IMG/VR virus record: IMGVR_UViG_3300033066_001054
From: a virus
Taxonomy: Duplodnaviria > Caudoviricetes
DNA length: 64,000 nt
Reading direction: 5' to 3' (one strand)
Part shown: one piece after another, positions 20,601 to 27,781 of the stretch
Layout of the letters: each line of letters opens with the position of its first letter
Position numbering within the stretch: position 1 is the first letter of the stretch
Made by a program: the position numbers and the translations under genes
Notes under the pieces: model-generated
The model's database searches: none
Told to the model about the DNA's origin: nothing
What the model saw: only the letters and a program-made list of their open reading frames with translations

Positions 20601-21949
20601 AGTTCTACGGCAAGCGAATGGCATCAAAGAAAGATGTCGAGAACACAGTGTTCGGCTGGATGTCAGATTTTGTCCACGATGGTCGAATCGACAGCTACGC
20701 ACTTGCTGAAGCCGCAAGCCTTCTTGGAGCACGACCTGTTGCTGCAACCAATTTGCTTGGTCGACTACTCGAGCGACAAGCAGCTATTTCGGTTACGGAT
20801 GAAAAATGCACAACCAAGAGGCTTACAGCCACTGTGAGTGACTTCGAAGACCTAGACCCCAAGTCAAGCGACTTCGACCAGCAGTTCAGAATGCGTGCAA
20901 TGGACATCTTCCGACAAGCTGGTTATGATGTTGACGATGGCACATTCAATCTTACGAGTTTGAGCGTTGACCAGTCTGGAAACATTCAAGCCGAGGTTTC
21001 TGCACGACTCACCAAGACATTCTGTGTCGAGGGAAGCACAGCAGGCGCAGGCATGGGCGTAGTAGACGACTTGCCAGTTGAGGCCACTATTGCAGAAAAT
21101 GCACCAATGGAAGACGAATCTGGCAATCTCTATACTGTTTCAGCCATGGATGTGCTTGGAATGGAGCGAACTGCTCAAGCCGCACCAGGAATGGGCGGTG
21201 CAATGGGCGGCGGAATGGGAATGCCACCAGCAGCACCAGCAGGCGGTGGTGTTGACCCATTAGCCGGCGCTGCTGACCCAATGGGTGGAGGTTTTGCCTC
21301 AATGACAGTGCCTAGCGAATCTGGGGCACCAGGAACCGAGGCTGTTGATAACCCTGCAAATGCAGACGATATGTCAGAGCCAGGCACCAAACAACCATGG
21401 GGAACCGTGTGTCCTGTTTGTGGTTCGAAGAATGTCAGCATTGCTAACGGCGAAGGCGAATGCCAGAGCTGTGGCACACAACTGAAGTTCAAGCTGATGG
21501 TCGAAGCCGCACCAAGCACAGATGATGCTGGTGGTGATGGTGAAGGCGCAGATGCTGGAATGGGCGATATGGGTGCAGATGCTGGAATGGGTGATATGGG
21601 CGCAATGCCTGGTGGCGATATGGGCGCAGCACCTCCAATGCCTGCAGGTGGAGCACCAACCGACCCAATGATGATGCAAGCAAGTTGGACAAGTTCGCCA
21701 TTGGTATGGCAACGATTTGCCTCGGCTGGACAAGGCGTTTCTGAAAAAGAAGCAGCTAAGGCCAGACAAGCAATGAAACAATTGCCAGTTGGCCATGTTT
21801 GCCCAGGTTGTGGCGACCGCGAACAAATCGAAAAGATTCGAAACAAGACCATTTGTACTGCTTGCGGTACGGTGGCTGTTTCCAAGGTCGCAGCAGTAGA
21901 AGGACAACCAAATCTGCTGTCCAACACCATCTACTGGATACTCGAATAA
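17693..21949 (+). CDS. Prohead (capsid maturation) protease with long C-terminal extension and Zn-ribbons
   Basis: N-terminal HK97/assemblin-type pattern NANGDYF..EEL...YKTFEGCPIHTNHD...VSMGC...FIELSLVNDGA; C-terminal CxxC pairs; lies between portal and MCP. Confidence 0.8.
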   Translation: MLRKGISGSLIGRNQIEFIDPAEARRVIIAAKKGKQSLYADPSDVLNRDVDGDFDLLKEMNDRQGYNLLWVRCRAIDADTVNANGDYFSAEELLKEVIHNGKKVPAYKTFEGCPIHTNHDNKDIMKAKGEVVYAEWDDKNQCVWCTFYISEDAYPEIANGIRIGMMSDVSMGCTVESGLCSVCGKEAVRVDDYCEHLKKYKGKRLPGTNTKVYEKNKGIKFIELSLVNDGAFDSCAISELYDQDELTQKALELNRRVAEIRNHVLTAGHLTAGMTPSVRNAYEGMLRTVVSTTTTAVRVAQTQVDNPQLLATNGANANSTVAGILKALGMDARQQLNVLDLLNVALNFLEVAIMQMFTRKDNVDLQHVSKIAKAMSDLQGTMQDLIDDGVDSPVGATAGTGGAAGTLLNPGGGQTGQAPAGQTPGQPAQPYSPAEGGVGQMMSPVQVSERSFTTEKPLNPLLGASNKHQLVWANKDGSEEREVYASRKSGTDNIERFGQSLLALAESVGAGPLAAPMSTRAANNEQPVRSTKKVQNNGDTTKMKNPFQRIASKLRERKPLEVSFSAEAHSPDTNHRIVVSTRGDIEGYYMNRLANWKPQLSDDIISAIEQENLDFALPVLMEDFQNHVRTAQAKNIDIWSDIDLEPEGEKDVKENALEGERHPVKGEGEIIDSYVKTKRTEPAGDRTREDELEAKRTGTDSKVKEELLENAGLYARRDNGQEVHDFLVDDARCGCPDEHIEERLKGRHGRNDKVETRKLASNIATELGRAAYAARVTPEEIIEVSTKIAQREDLEELIALASLGTDTRERTAQRHAFFNNSSVMLGAENAIYHGLGKIVSDDIKAGDVVDGLRAVISERELAGKLITRIAKTMVENSPTTYADVVVKASREEQLRTALNSLADGETETSRGHLKAVLCALAGAADECQAAPEEVINVIASRNPGEIFETLGMYNSASAREARKTLRQREEFYGKRMASKKDVENTVFGWMSDFVHDGRIDSYALAEAASLLGARPVAATNLLGRLLERQAAISVTDEKCTTKRLTATVSDFEDLDPKSSDFDQQFRMRAMDIFRQAGYDVDDGTFNLTSLSVDQSGNIQAEVSARLTKTFCVEGSTAGAGMGVVDDLPVEATIAENAPMEDESGNLYTVSAMDVLGMERTAQAAPGMGGAMGGGMGMPPAAPAGGGVDPLAGAADPMGGGFASMTVPSESGAPGTEAVDNPANADDMSEPGTKQPWGTVCPVCGSKNVSIANGEGECQSCGTQLKFKLMVEAAPSTDDAGGDGEGADAGMGDMGADAGMGDMGAMPGGDMGAAPPMPAGGAPTDPMMMQASWTSSPLVWQRFASAGQGVSEKEAAKARQAMKQLPVGHVCPGCGDREQIEKIRNKTICTACGTVAVSKVAAVEGQPNLLSNTIYWILE

Positions 21950-21951
21950 GG

Positions 21952-22043
21952 TTTGCCGCGAACCTATCGCGGCAAATTATTCCCTCTCGAGGGGACTTTT
22001 TTAAGAATCTCGCTCACTTTCGTAGGTGAGCGAGATTCTTTTT
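21952..22043 (+). terminator. Cluster of hairpins/terminator(s) between protease and scaffold genes
   Basis: tttgccgcga-N5-tcgcggcaaa (21952-21976); weak tccct/gggga plus T run (21981-22002); aagaatctcgctcac-N8-gtgagcgagattctt plus T run (22003-22043). Confidence 0.75.
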
Positions 22044-22049
22044 CATAAG
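22022..22049 (+). promoter_or_regulatory. Putative phage promoter GTAGGT-N16-CATAAG
   Basis: Consensus match overlapping the third hairpin, upstream of scaffold-decoration-MCP. Confidence 0.55.
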
Positions 22050-22121
22050 AAGCCAGATAGACGAAGTGTTGGCAAGCGCCGATACCCCACCCAAATCATA
22101 AATTAGGGAGCAAATCTGACT

Positions 22122-24038
22122 ATGGCTACAACAAAACAAGAAGGAGGACTGGACGCACGCACCAAAGCGGTTCGCTTGGCAATGCTACAGGAATCCGACG
22201 CGGACGATTTTCGACAATGCGTTCGCGAAGTGCAAGCCAGTACAGGACTTTCCGAAGCGGAAGCTCGGATTGTTGCTGGAGCACTTAGAAGTGAAATGCT
22301 TCCCAAGGTCGCTCAATCTCTCGGACTAGAGGAGGATGACATTGCAGACTTTGCAAACAAACTCCCAGGTGACGAAGATGATGCAGACGGGGAGCAACCG
22401 ACCACAGATTTCGCTGACGACAAGGTTGAAGACGAAGATGACTTCGTTGAAGAACCACAAGATGATACAGCCGCCATTCGAGGGGATGCTCTCGATATGG
22501 GTGGTGAAGACGCCATCGAAGACGACATGAGCGATGTAGACGACTTGGGTACAGAACAGACCCTTGAGATTCAAGTGCCTGCGGGCAAAGTAGACGAGGT
22601 TCAAGAAGCGATTCGTTCGATTCTTGGAACCGATGCTTTTGGCCTTGGCGGAGATTCTGAATTCAATTTCAAAGACGACGAAGAAGGAGATTTTGGAGAT
22701 GAAAATTTCGAAGATATGCCTTTGGAAGACGATGACGAAGATTTGAATTTCGAAGATGAAAACATTGGGGAAGACGCCCCGAACACAGGAAAACAGGTGA
22801 TTAGCATGTCCAACAAGCAAAAGGCTGGCCGTGAAGTCAGGGCTGCTGATGAGCAGGTGAAACCAAAAGACCGAGGTCTTGGAAGTGACACTAGCCACGG
22901 AGGCAAACCTTTCCAATATGCGGCAGATGCCCAATATCAGGGTGAAGACAAACGACCTGGCATGACCCTTGAGGACAGTGCAGGCAATTCACTCCGCGAC
23001 CAAAACCCGACTTTCGCAGACGCGACAGTCCCCGCCAAAAACCCCGAGAAACTTCAGTTGAAGAACTCGTACAAGACCTTCAAATACGAAGGTGCCGATG
23101 GTGACATCGAGTACGACATGAGCAGCGAAGTTTTCGAAGTCCCCTCTGCCGGTGAAAAGGCCGGAGGCGAATTTGAAGTTCCAACTCAAATGACCAGTAC
23201 TCTTGACCGCAAGACTACTGTGGCCACTTTGAATAGTAACGTCGAAAGAGTCGCTGGGGAAAAAGCAACCGACGACAGTGATTATGTCACTGCAAACAAC
23301 GAAGAGCTTTATGTTACTTCTGACAATCGCACCGTAGGTCGCGATGAGTTCGAAGAGCATGTCATTGACACCTTGGTGGCAAGCGGCATGACAGAGAAGG
23401 AAGTACTTGCGATGTCATTCGCAGAAGGGCTCGAGCTATACGGCAATATTGTCGAACAGCGCACTGCTGCAAGCAATGCAATGGGCGACATTACCCGCGC
23501 ACATGCTGAAAGGCAGGCTCGCATCAATAAACTGGCAGCCGACATTAAGGTCGAGATTGCTGGTGGAACTGAAGAGCCAGATGGCACAGACGAGACAATT
23601 GAGGAAGCCCTTAAGGAATCTCGAGAAGCCATGAGAGACACATTCATCCGCGAGGCTGAATTGTTCAAAAAGCGCGTTAAGGCCGCTTATGGCGTAACTA
23701 CTCGACTCGTAATCGCTGGAATTATCAACGATAACGAAGTTGACAATCACGTAGACACTTGGCTCAAGGATAACCTGAGCGTGGGTGCCATGCTTAAGCA
23801 AGGCAACTTCATGCTTCGGGCTGCGTCCAAGACGACCGACCGCACCGTACAAGCCGGCAACAACAGTGGCAACACTCGAACTGCTGGAGTATCGGTAAAC
23901 CCTGCCCTTGTAACACCGAATCTCGGTAGCACACAGGAGGTTAAGGACCGTCTCGCCAATCTTTTCACTGTTGGTGGAATCCCACGTAACGCATTTGATG
24001 CTTACAAAGATAACGACAACAACAGCAGGGACTTTTAA
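22122..24038 (+). CDS. Probable capsid scaffolding/prohead core protein
   Basis: 638 aa, very D/E-rich N-half and helical C-terminal part, between protease and MCP; GGGAG upstream. Confidence 0.65.
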   Translation: MATTKQEGGLDARTKAVRLAMLQESDADDFRQCVREVQASTGLSEAEARIVAGALRSEMLPKVAQSLGLEEDDIADFANKLPGDEDDADGEQPTTDFADDKVEDEDDFVEEPQDDTAAIRGDALDMGGEDAIEDDMSDVDDLGTEQTLEIQVPAGKVDEVQEAIRSILGTDAFGLGGDSEFNFKDDEEGDFGDENFEDMPLEDDDEDLNFEDENIGEDAPNTGKQVISMSNKQKAGREVRAADEQVKPKDRGLGSDTSHGGKPFQYAADAQYQGEDKRPGMTLEDSAGNSLRDQNPTFADATVPAKNPEKLQLKNSYKTFKYEGADGDIEYDMSSEVFEVPSAGEKAGGEFEVPTQMTSTLDRKTTVATLNSNVERVAGEKATDDSDYVTANNEELYVTSDNRTVGRDEFEEHVIDTLVASGMTEKEVLAMSFAEGLELYGNIVEQRTAASNAMGDITRAHAERQARINKLAADIKVEIAGGTEEPDGTDETIEEALKESREAMRDTFIREAELFKKRVKAAYGVTTRLVIAGIINDNEVDNHVDTWLKDNLSVGAMLKQGNFMLRAASKTTDRTVQAGNNSGNTRTAGVSVNPALVTPNLGSTQEVKDRLANLFTVGGIPRNAFDAYKDNDNNSRDF

Positions 24039-24059
24039 GGAAACACAGGAGAAATAGCA

Positions 24060-24806
24060 ATGGCAATTCGCGAGCTTCAAAGCGTAGTCCACCTTCAATA
24101 CGAAAGCAAGGCCGATTCAAACGTCCAGAACCTCTGGCACGCAGGTCAGGTTCTCGCTATGGAATGGCAGGCAAGCGCTAACAATACAACACAAGGTTTG
24201 GTCCGCCTCGCAAACCGTGGTGACAGTTGGACGACAACTTCGTCTGGTGTCCTCGACAACCCCGGTACAGAGGTACGAGCAAACATCGTAGGTCTTTCTG
24301 CCGACGACACGGCGCGAACTGGCAACACCGGCATTTATGTCGACCCAGTCGGTTCCACCTATGTTGGCACAGGTGTAGGTTCTTCCGCATCGTTTACCGA
24401 CAACACAAATGGTTTCTATTCAGCGACCAAGCGTGCTCTCGGTGACTATCAGGATGAGCGCATCACCAACGTCACAAACTTGACTGATTCGAACTCCGGT
24501 TACGCCGGTCCTCGACGCTCAGTCGCCGTTTATGCAACACCATCTGCGCAGTTCCTCGTGGACAGCACAGCATTCGTGTCAGCACAGACAGCCACAACTA
24601 ACGGTACGTATCTGGACCAATCTCTTGGTACAGCGTTCGCCCCTGGCGACATTCTTACTGTTGGTGCAGGTGTGTTTGCGAGCGCAAACAACTTCGGTTG
24701 CTTGGTTCGACGCACAGCGGCTGCCGATGGTACTGCTATCGCCCGATTGGACGAGTACAACAGCACCAGCGGCCTTATGAAAATTACACTCTTGATGAGT
24801 CTGTAA
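24060..24806 (+). CDS. Probable head decoration (cement) protein
   Basis: T/S/G/A-rich, beta-type composition; strong AGGAG SD; immediately upstream of MCP. Confidence 0.55.
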   Translation: MAIRELQSVVHLQYESKADSNVQNLWHAGQVLAMEWQASANNTTQGLVRLANRGDSWTTTSSGVLDNPGTEVRANIVGLSADDTARTGNTGIYVDPVGSTYVGTGVGSSASFTDNTNGFYSATKRALGDYQDERITNVTNLTDSNSGYAGPRRSVAVYATPSAQFLVDSTAFVSAQTATTNGTYLDQSLGTAFAPGDILTVGAGVFASANNFGCLVRRTAAADGTAIARLDEYNSTSGLMKITLLMSL

Positions 24807-24830
24807 GCAGGGGTATAGGAGATAACTAAC

Positions 24831-25691
24831 ATGAGCAACATCCGAAACGTATATGGCATTGACGAGCAAAACGAAGAGTTTCTCGCCGCCGCTATGGACA
24901 CCCCCGAAGGTCGCGTCGCATTAGCGCAAGCTATGGTTGAACCCATTAAGACATCTTTGATGTACCAAGGTGTAGGCCGCAAGCTGCTGATGGTTGACGA
25001 ACTGCCGCAGGGTGCCCTTCCTCGCTACGAGCGAGACATCGCAGTTAAGTCTTACGTAATGAGTAAGCGTGGTTCAGTTCCAACGTCTATCGTTGAAGCT
25101 GAAGAGTTGATGGTTCCGGTTCTTGAAATCGCTTGTAACCCAACCGTCAAGCTCAACGAAATCCGTGCCCGACGATTCTATATTGTCGACCGCGCACAGG
25201 TGAGGGCCAAGGACTCATTGCAGCGACAAGAGGACGCCGAAGTCTTCCGCGTTATCAACGCGGCTGTACCTTCAGCACACAACATCACGGTTACTGGTTC
25301 ACTCCAGCCCGAGAACATCAACCTCGCTCTGTCTCTCATTGAAGAGCACGAGTTGATTGGTGCCAAAATTGTTGTGCATCCTCAGCGCTACAAAGACATC
25401 CGAACATGGGGCAAGGAGTTCTATGATGAAGCGACAACTCGCGACATCTTGATGACCGGACTTTTCGGTCACTTGTACTCCGCTGACATTCACGTCAGCA
25501 CCATCGTTCCAAAGAACGCTGTCTACGTATTGGCACCGGCCGCCTTCGTTGGCGCCATGCCAGTCCGCCAGGACATCACCGTTCTTCCGAGCGACGACCC
25601 TCGACGACTCCGCCTCGGCTGGGTCATCTTCGAGGAACTTGGCTTCGCCGTTATCAACGACTACGCCACCGCTCGAATCATCGTTAGCTAA
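24831..25691 (+). CDS. Major capsid protein (compact HK97 fold)
   Basis: Strong AGGAG SD, C-ending codon bias, terminator directly after; spine-helix-like DRAQVRAKDSLQRQEDAEVF, A-domain-like IVVHP and GHLYSADIHVST, terminal GFAVIND...RIIVS. Confidence 0.85.
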   Translation: MSNIRNVYGIDEQNEEFLAAAMDTPEGRVALAQAMVEPIKTSLMYQGVGRKLLMVDELPQGALPRYERDIAVKSYVMSKRGSVPTSIVEAEELMVPVLEIACNPTVKLNEIRARRFYIVDRAQVRAKDSLQRQEDAEVFRVINAAVPSAHNITVTGSLQPENINLALSLIEEHELIGAKIVVHPQRYKDIRTWGKEFYDEATTRDILMTGLFGHLYSADIHVSTIVPKNAVYVLAPAAFVGAMPVRQDITVLPSDDPRRLRLGWVIFEELGFAVINDYATARIIVS

Positions 25692-25709
25692 CGCTACGGT
25701 GAACGACTT

Positions 25710-25743
25710 ACAGGCCCCGCCATAGGCGGGGCCTGTTTTGTTT
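25710..25743 (+). terminator. Intrinsic terminator after MCP
   Basis: acaggccccgcc-ata-ggcggggcctgt followed by tttgttt. Confidence 0.9.
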
Positions 25744-25750
25744 GTATAAG
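25722..25750 (+). promoter_or_regulatory. Putative promoter for the MCP-fragment operon, ATAGGC-N17-TATAAG
   Basis: Near-consensus match overlapping the terminator; TATAAG lies 6 nt before in-frame GTG 25757. Confidence 0.5.
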
Positions 25751-25756
25751 GCTGAA

Positions 25757-25981
25757 GTGGTCGAAAAACAACATAATACAGAGTTGAATAATGGATTCTA
25801 TGACGCAGCGACACAGCGCGATATATTGAAGACAGGTTACTACGGTCATTTGTATTCAGCAAGTATACATGTTAGCACAATGGTTCCTAGAAACACTGTG
25901 GAAACTATGGATAGGGTGTTGCAATCAGAAGAACAGCGTAAGCAACTTTCTGATTACATGCGGTCGTGGTTGAAGAAATGA
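25757..25981 (+). CDS. MCP-fragment mini-protein A (MCP 197-231 plus YMR tail)
   Basis: FYDAATQRDILKTGYYGHLYSASIHVSTMVPRNTV vs MCP, 26/35 identical; tail LSDYMRSW. Start uncertain (the track gives TTG 25742). Confidence 0.85.
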   Translation: MVEKQHNTELNNGFYDAATQRDILKTGYYGHLYSASIHVSTMVPRNTVETMDRVLQSEEQRKQLSDYMRSWLKK

Positions 25982-26223
25982 GCAACGGCGAAATTATACT
26001 ACCAGGTGCCTTCGATGGCGCATTGCCGATGAGAGAAGACATAACGATTTTGCCAGCCACACCTGTGCCACGAGATAAACAGGGACTTGGCTGGGTGGTT
26101 TTTGAAGAAGTTGGTGAAGCAATAATCAACAACTATGCTATTGATAGAATAGTGGTCAGTAATCAAACTCAAGAAGATATCAAACGAGCGCTGGAAGAAT
26201 ACATGAGGAAATATGCAAGGTAG
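25978..26223 (+). CDS. MCP-fragment mini-protein B (MCP 236-286 plus YMR tail)
   Basis: PGAFDGALPMREDITILP (12/18) and LGWVVFEEVGEAIINNYAIDRIVVS (17/25) vs the MCP C-terminus; tail LEEYMRKY; ATGA overlap with A. Confidence 0.85.
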   Translation: MSNGEIILPGAFDGALPMREDITILPATPVPRDKQGLGWVVFEEVGEAIINNYAIDRIVVSNQTQEDIKRALEEYMRKYAR

Positions 26224-26434
26224 CAGTGAATCAAAACCATATAAGGCGTTTGGGCGCAAGCTGTTAATGGTTGACGAATTACCTCAGGGTGCATTAGCAA
26301 AATACGAGCGTGACGTACAAGTGAAATCGTATGTCATACCACGTCGTGGTGGTGTGCCCGGAGCTGTTTCAGAACCTTATGCACCAATTGACACACTCAA
26401 GGAATATATTAGGAAGTGGATGAGTAGTGGCTAA
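26213..26434 (+). CDS. MCP-fragment mini-protein C (MCP 49-84 plus YIR tail)
   Basis: GRKLLMVDELPQGALAKYERDVQVKSYVIPRRGGVP, 28/36 identical; tail LKEYIRKW. Confidence 0.85.
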   Translation: MQGSSESKPYKAFGRKLLMVDELPQGALAKYERDVQVKSYVIPRRGGVPGAVSEPYAPIDTLKEYIRKWMSSG

Positions 26435-26660
26435 AAACACAAATCAACAAAGAGAGGACCAAATAACAGCGGCGCTTAGCACCCCAGAAGGCAAGGCAGC
26501 ACTTCGTGCCGCGATGTCCGCGCCAATACAGACTTCGATAATGTATCAGAACATCGGCGCGAAACTGCTAATGGTAGATTCATTGCCAGACCCTTATGAC
26601 GAATATCCGAATGCCCGTGACGCTGTTAGCGATTACATGAAAAAATGGGTGCAAAAATGA
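26427..26660 (+). CDS. MCP-fragment mini-protein D (MCP 12-59 plus YMK tail)
   Basis: QQREDQITAALSTPEGKAALRAAMSAPIQTSIMYQNIGAKLLMVDSLP, 28/48 identical; tail VSDYMKKW. Confidence 0.85.
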   Translation: MAKNTNQQREDQITAALSTPEGKAALRAAMSAPIQTSIMYQNIGAKLLMVDSLPDPYDEYPNARDAVSDYMKKWVQK

Positions 26661-26851
26661 CCGCGAACCCACTGGCTAACATCAATGCAGCTCTCGAGGC
26701 ATTGGAACAACACGAATTGGCCGGCGCAAAAATCATCATTCATCCGAGCAGGTATGCCGATATTGAGCGATGGAGAAGAGAAGATGACGCCACAATACGC
26801 GAGCAGTTTAGCAAGTACATGCGAGGATATTTGGGTCAAGACATCAAGTAA
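26657..26851 (+). CDS. MCP-fragment mini-protein E (MCP 162-193 plus YMR tail)
   Basis: NINAALEALEQHELAGAKIIIHPSRYADIERW, 20/32 identical; tail FSKYMRGY; ATGA overlap with D. Confidence 0.85.
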   Translation: MTANPLANINAALEALEQHELAGAKIIIHPSRYADIERWRREDDATIREQFSKYMRGYLGQDIK

Positions 26852-27393
26852 TATTCAGAGACATCTTGACCCATGGCTGCTTCACATTTGTCAACAATTT
26901 TGACAATGTAGTCTGATATTCCTTTATGTTGCAATGAACTGAGTTTCGACATTTCACTGAGTGTGTATGTCATTTCTTTGAATGATTCCATACGTCGCTC
27001 ATCTTGTGCCAACATTTGTTGACCAATCAAAACACCGAACATCTGCGGGTCTTGGACCCCAAAATCCTTGCTGTGGTATTTGATTGTGTGAATAGACCTG
27101 ATTGCGTGTTCTGCATGCTCGAATTCTGTTAAACAACGAATTAAAGAGGTGTACAGTGCTGCCAATTCTCCAGTCATCTGCACTTCGCCAGACACCAACA
27201 CTGGCAATAGACTGTATTGGATTGTTCGAATACAGGCACTCATTTCAGCGTTGGGCTCGAATGCCATGTTCGATGGCATTTCGTCCGGGGACTCATTGAG
27301 TTGTTGCTGAATGGTCGACGTGTTATTGTCGATTCTCTCTTGCTCAATTCCCTGGATGTCGTCTGGAATACTTGCCTTTCTAAATCGTTTCAT
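26836..27393 (-). CDS. Hypothetical helical protein
   Basis: 185-aa ORF, ATGA-coupled to the upstream minus-strand gene. Confidence 0.7.
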   Translation of the reverse strand: MKRFRKASIPDDIQGIEQERIDNNTSTIQQQLNESPDEMPSNMAFEPNAEMSACIRTIQYSLLPVLVSGEVQMTGELAALYTSLIRCLTEFEHAEHAIRSIHTIKYHSKDFGVQDPQMFGVLIGQQMLAQDERRMESFKEMTYTLSEMSKLSSLQHKGISDYIVKIVDKCEAAMGQDVSEYYLMS

Positions 27394-27746
27394 TGTAGCG
27401 TCAATAGATACTTGAGTTTGTTCATTGCAGCAAGCATCTCATCCCTGAGATTAAGTAAGTCCGAATCTGATTGTTCAAACACATTGTTAAACTCTATCAG
27501 ATATTCAATGCAGTGACCGATGAACTCAATAGGTTCAACATTTACAGAAAGCGATATGCTCAATTTATCTTCGCGGATTCTGCTTTGGGATTTGCCCAAG
27601 TACACTTCGACAAATTCATCAACAAGTCCATCAAGTGCTTCGTAGGTTTTTCCAAACGCCTCGTGTTGCGCGAAACTTTTGGTCTGCCAGTGGAACACAC
27701 GAATTTGTTGTTGAATCGTGATGAGGTTTCCAATTAGCTGACTCAT
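27390..27746 (-). CDS. Ferritin/Dps-like four-helix-bundle protein (DUF5856-like)
   Basis: FHWQTKSFAQHEAFGKTYEALDGLVDEFVEVYLG...DLLNLRDEMLAAMNKLKYLLTL. Confidence 0.8.
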   Translation of the reverse strand: MSQLIGNLITIQQQIRVFHWQTKSFAQHEAFGKTYEALDGLVDEFVEVYLGKSQSRIREDKLSISLSVNVEPIEFIGHCIEYLIEFNNVFEQSDSDLLNLRDEMLAAMNKLKYLLTLQ

Positions 27747-27781
27747 AGTGTATTATTCGCCATGAATCAAACACCGCCCTT

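Noticed and set aside
21551-21605. 27-bp tandem repeat (also 12-bp repeats near 43096-43124 and 24-27-bp repeats near 42115-42200)
   Set aside because: In-frame low-complexity linker repeats (DAGMGDMGA, PVEA, PQYTPPVQQ), not a separate element.
21175-21930. Long antisense ORFs (also 10548-11261, 12564-13439, 23436-24098, 7830-8477, 59142-59825)
   Set aside because: These are shadows of codon-biased or low-complexity genes on the other strand, with no independent signals or motifs.
25742-26851. Decayed second MCP copy (pseudogene) or split MCP
   Set aside because: The fragments are out of order, partly redundant and lack about 77 central residues. They are intact coupled ORFs, share a non-MCP tail, and diverge mainly at synonymous sites.
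25742-26851. Diversity-generating retroelement template/variable repeats or a CRISPR array
   Set aside because: Differences from the MCP are not adenine-specific, there are no identical DNA direct repeats, and no reverse transcriptase or cas gene is visible in the window.
24831-27746. Encapsulin nanocompartment with ferritin-like cargo
   Set aside because: The shell gene sits in a portal-protease-scaffold operon with neck and tail genes nearby, and the ferritin-like gene is on the opposite strand with no evident cargo-loading tail.
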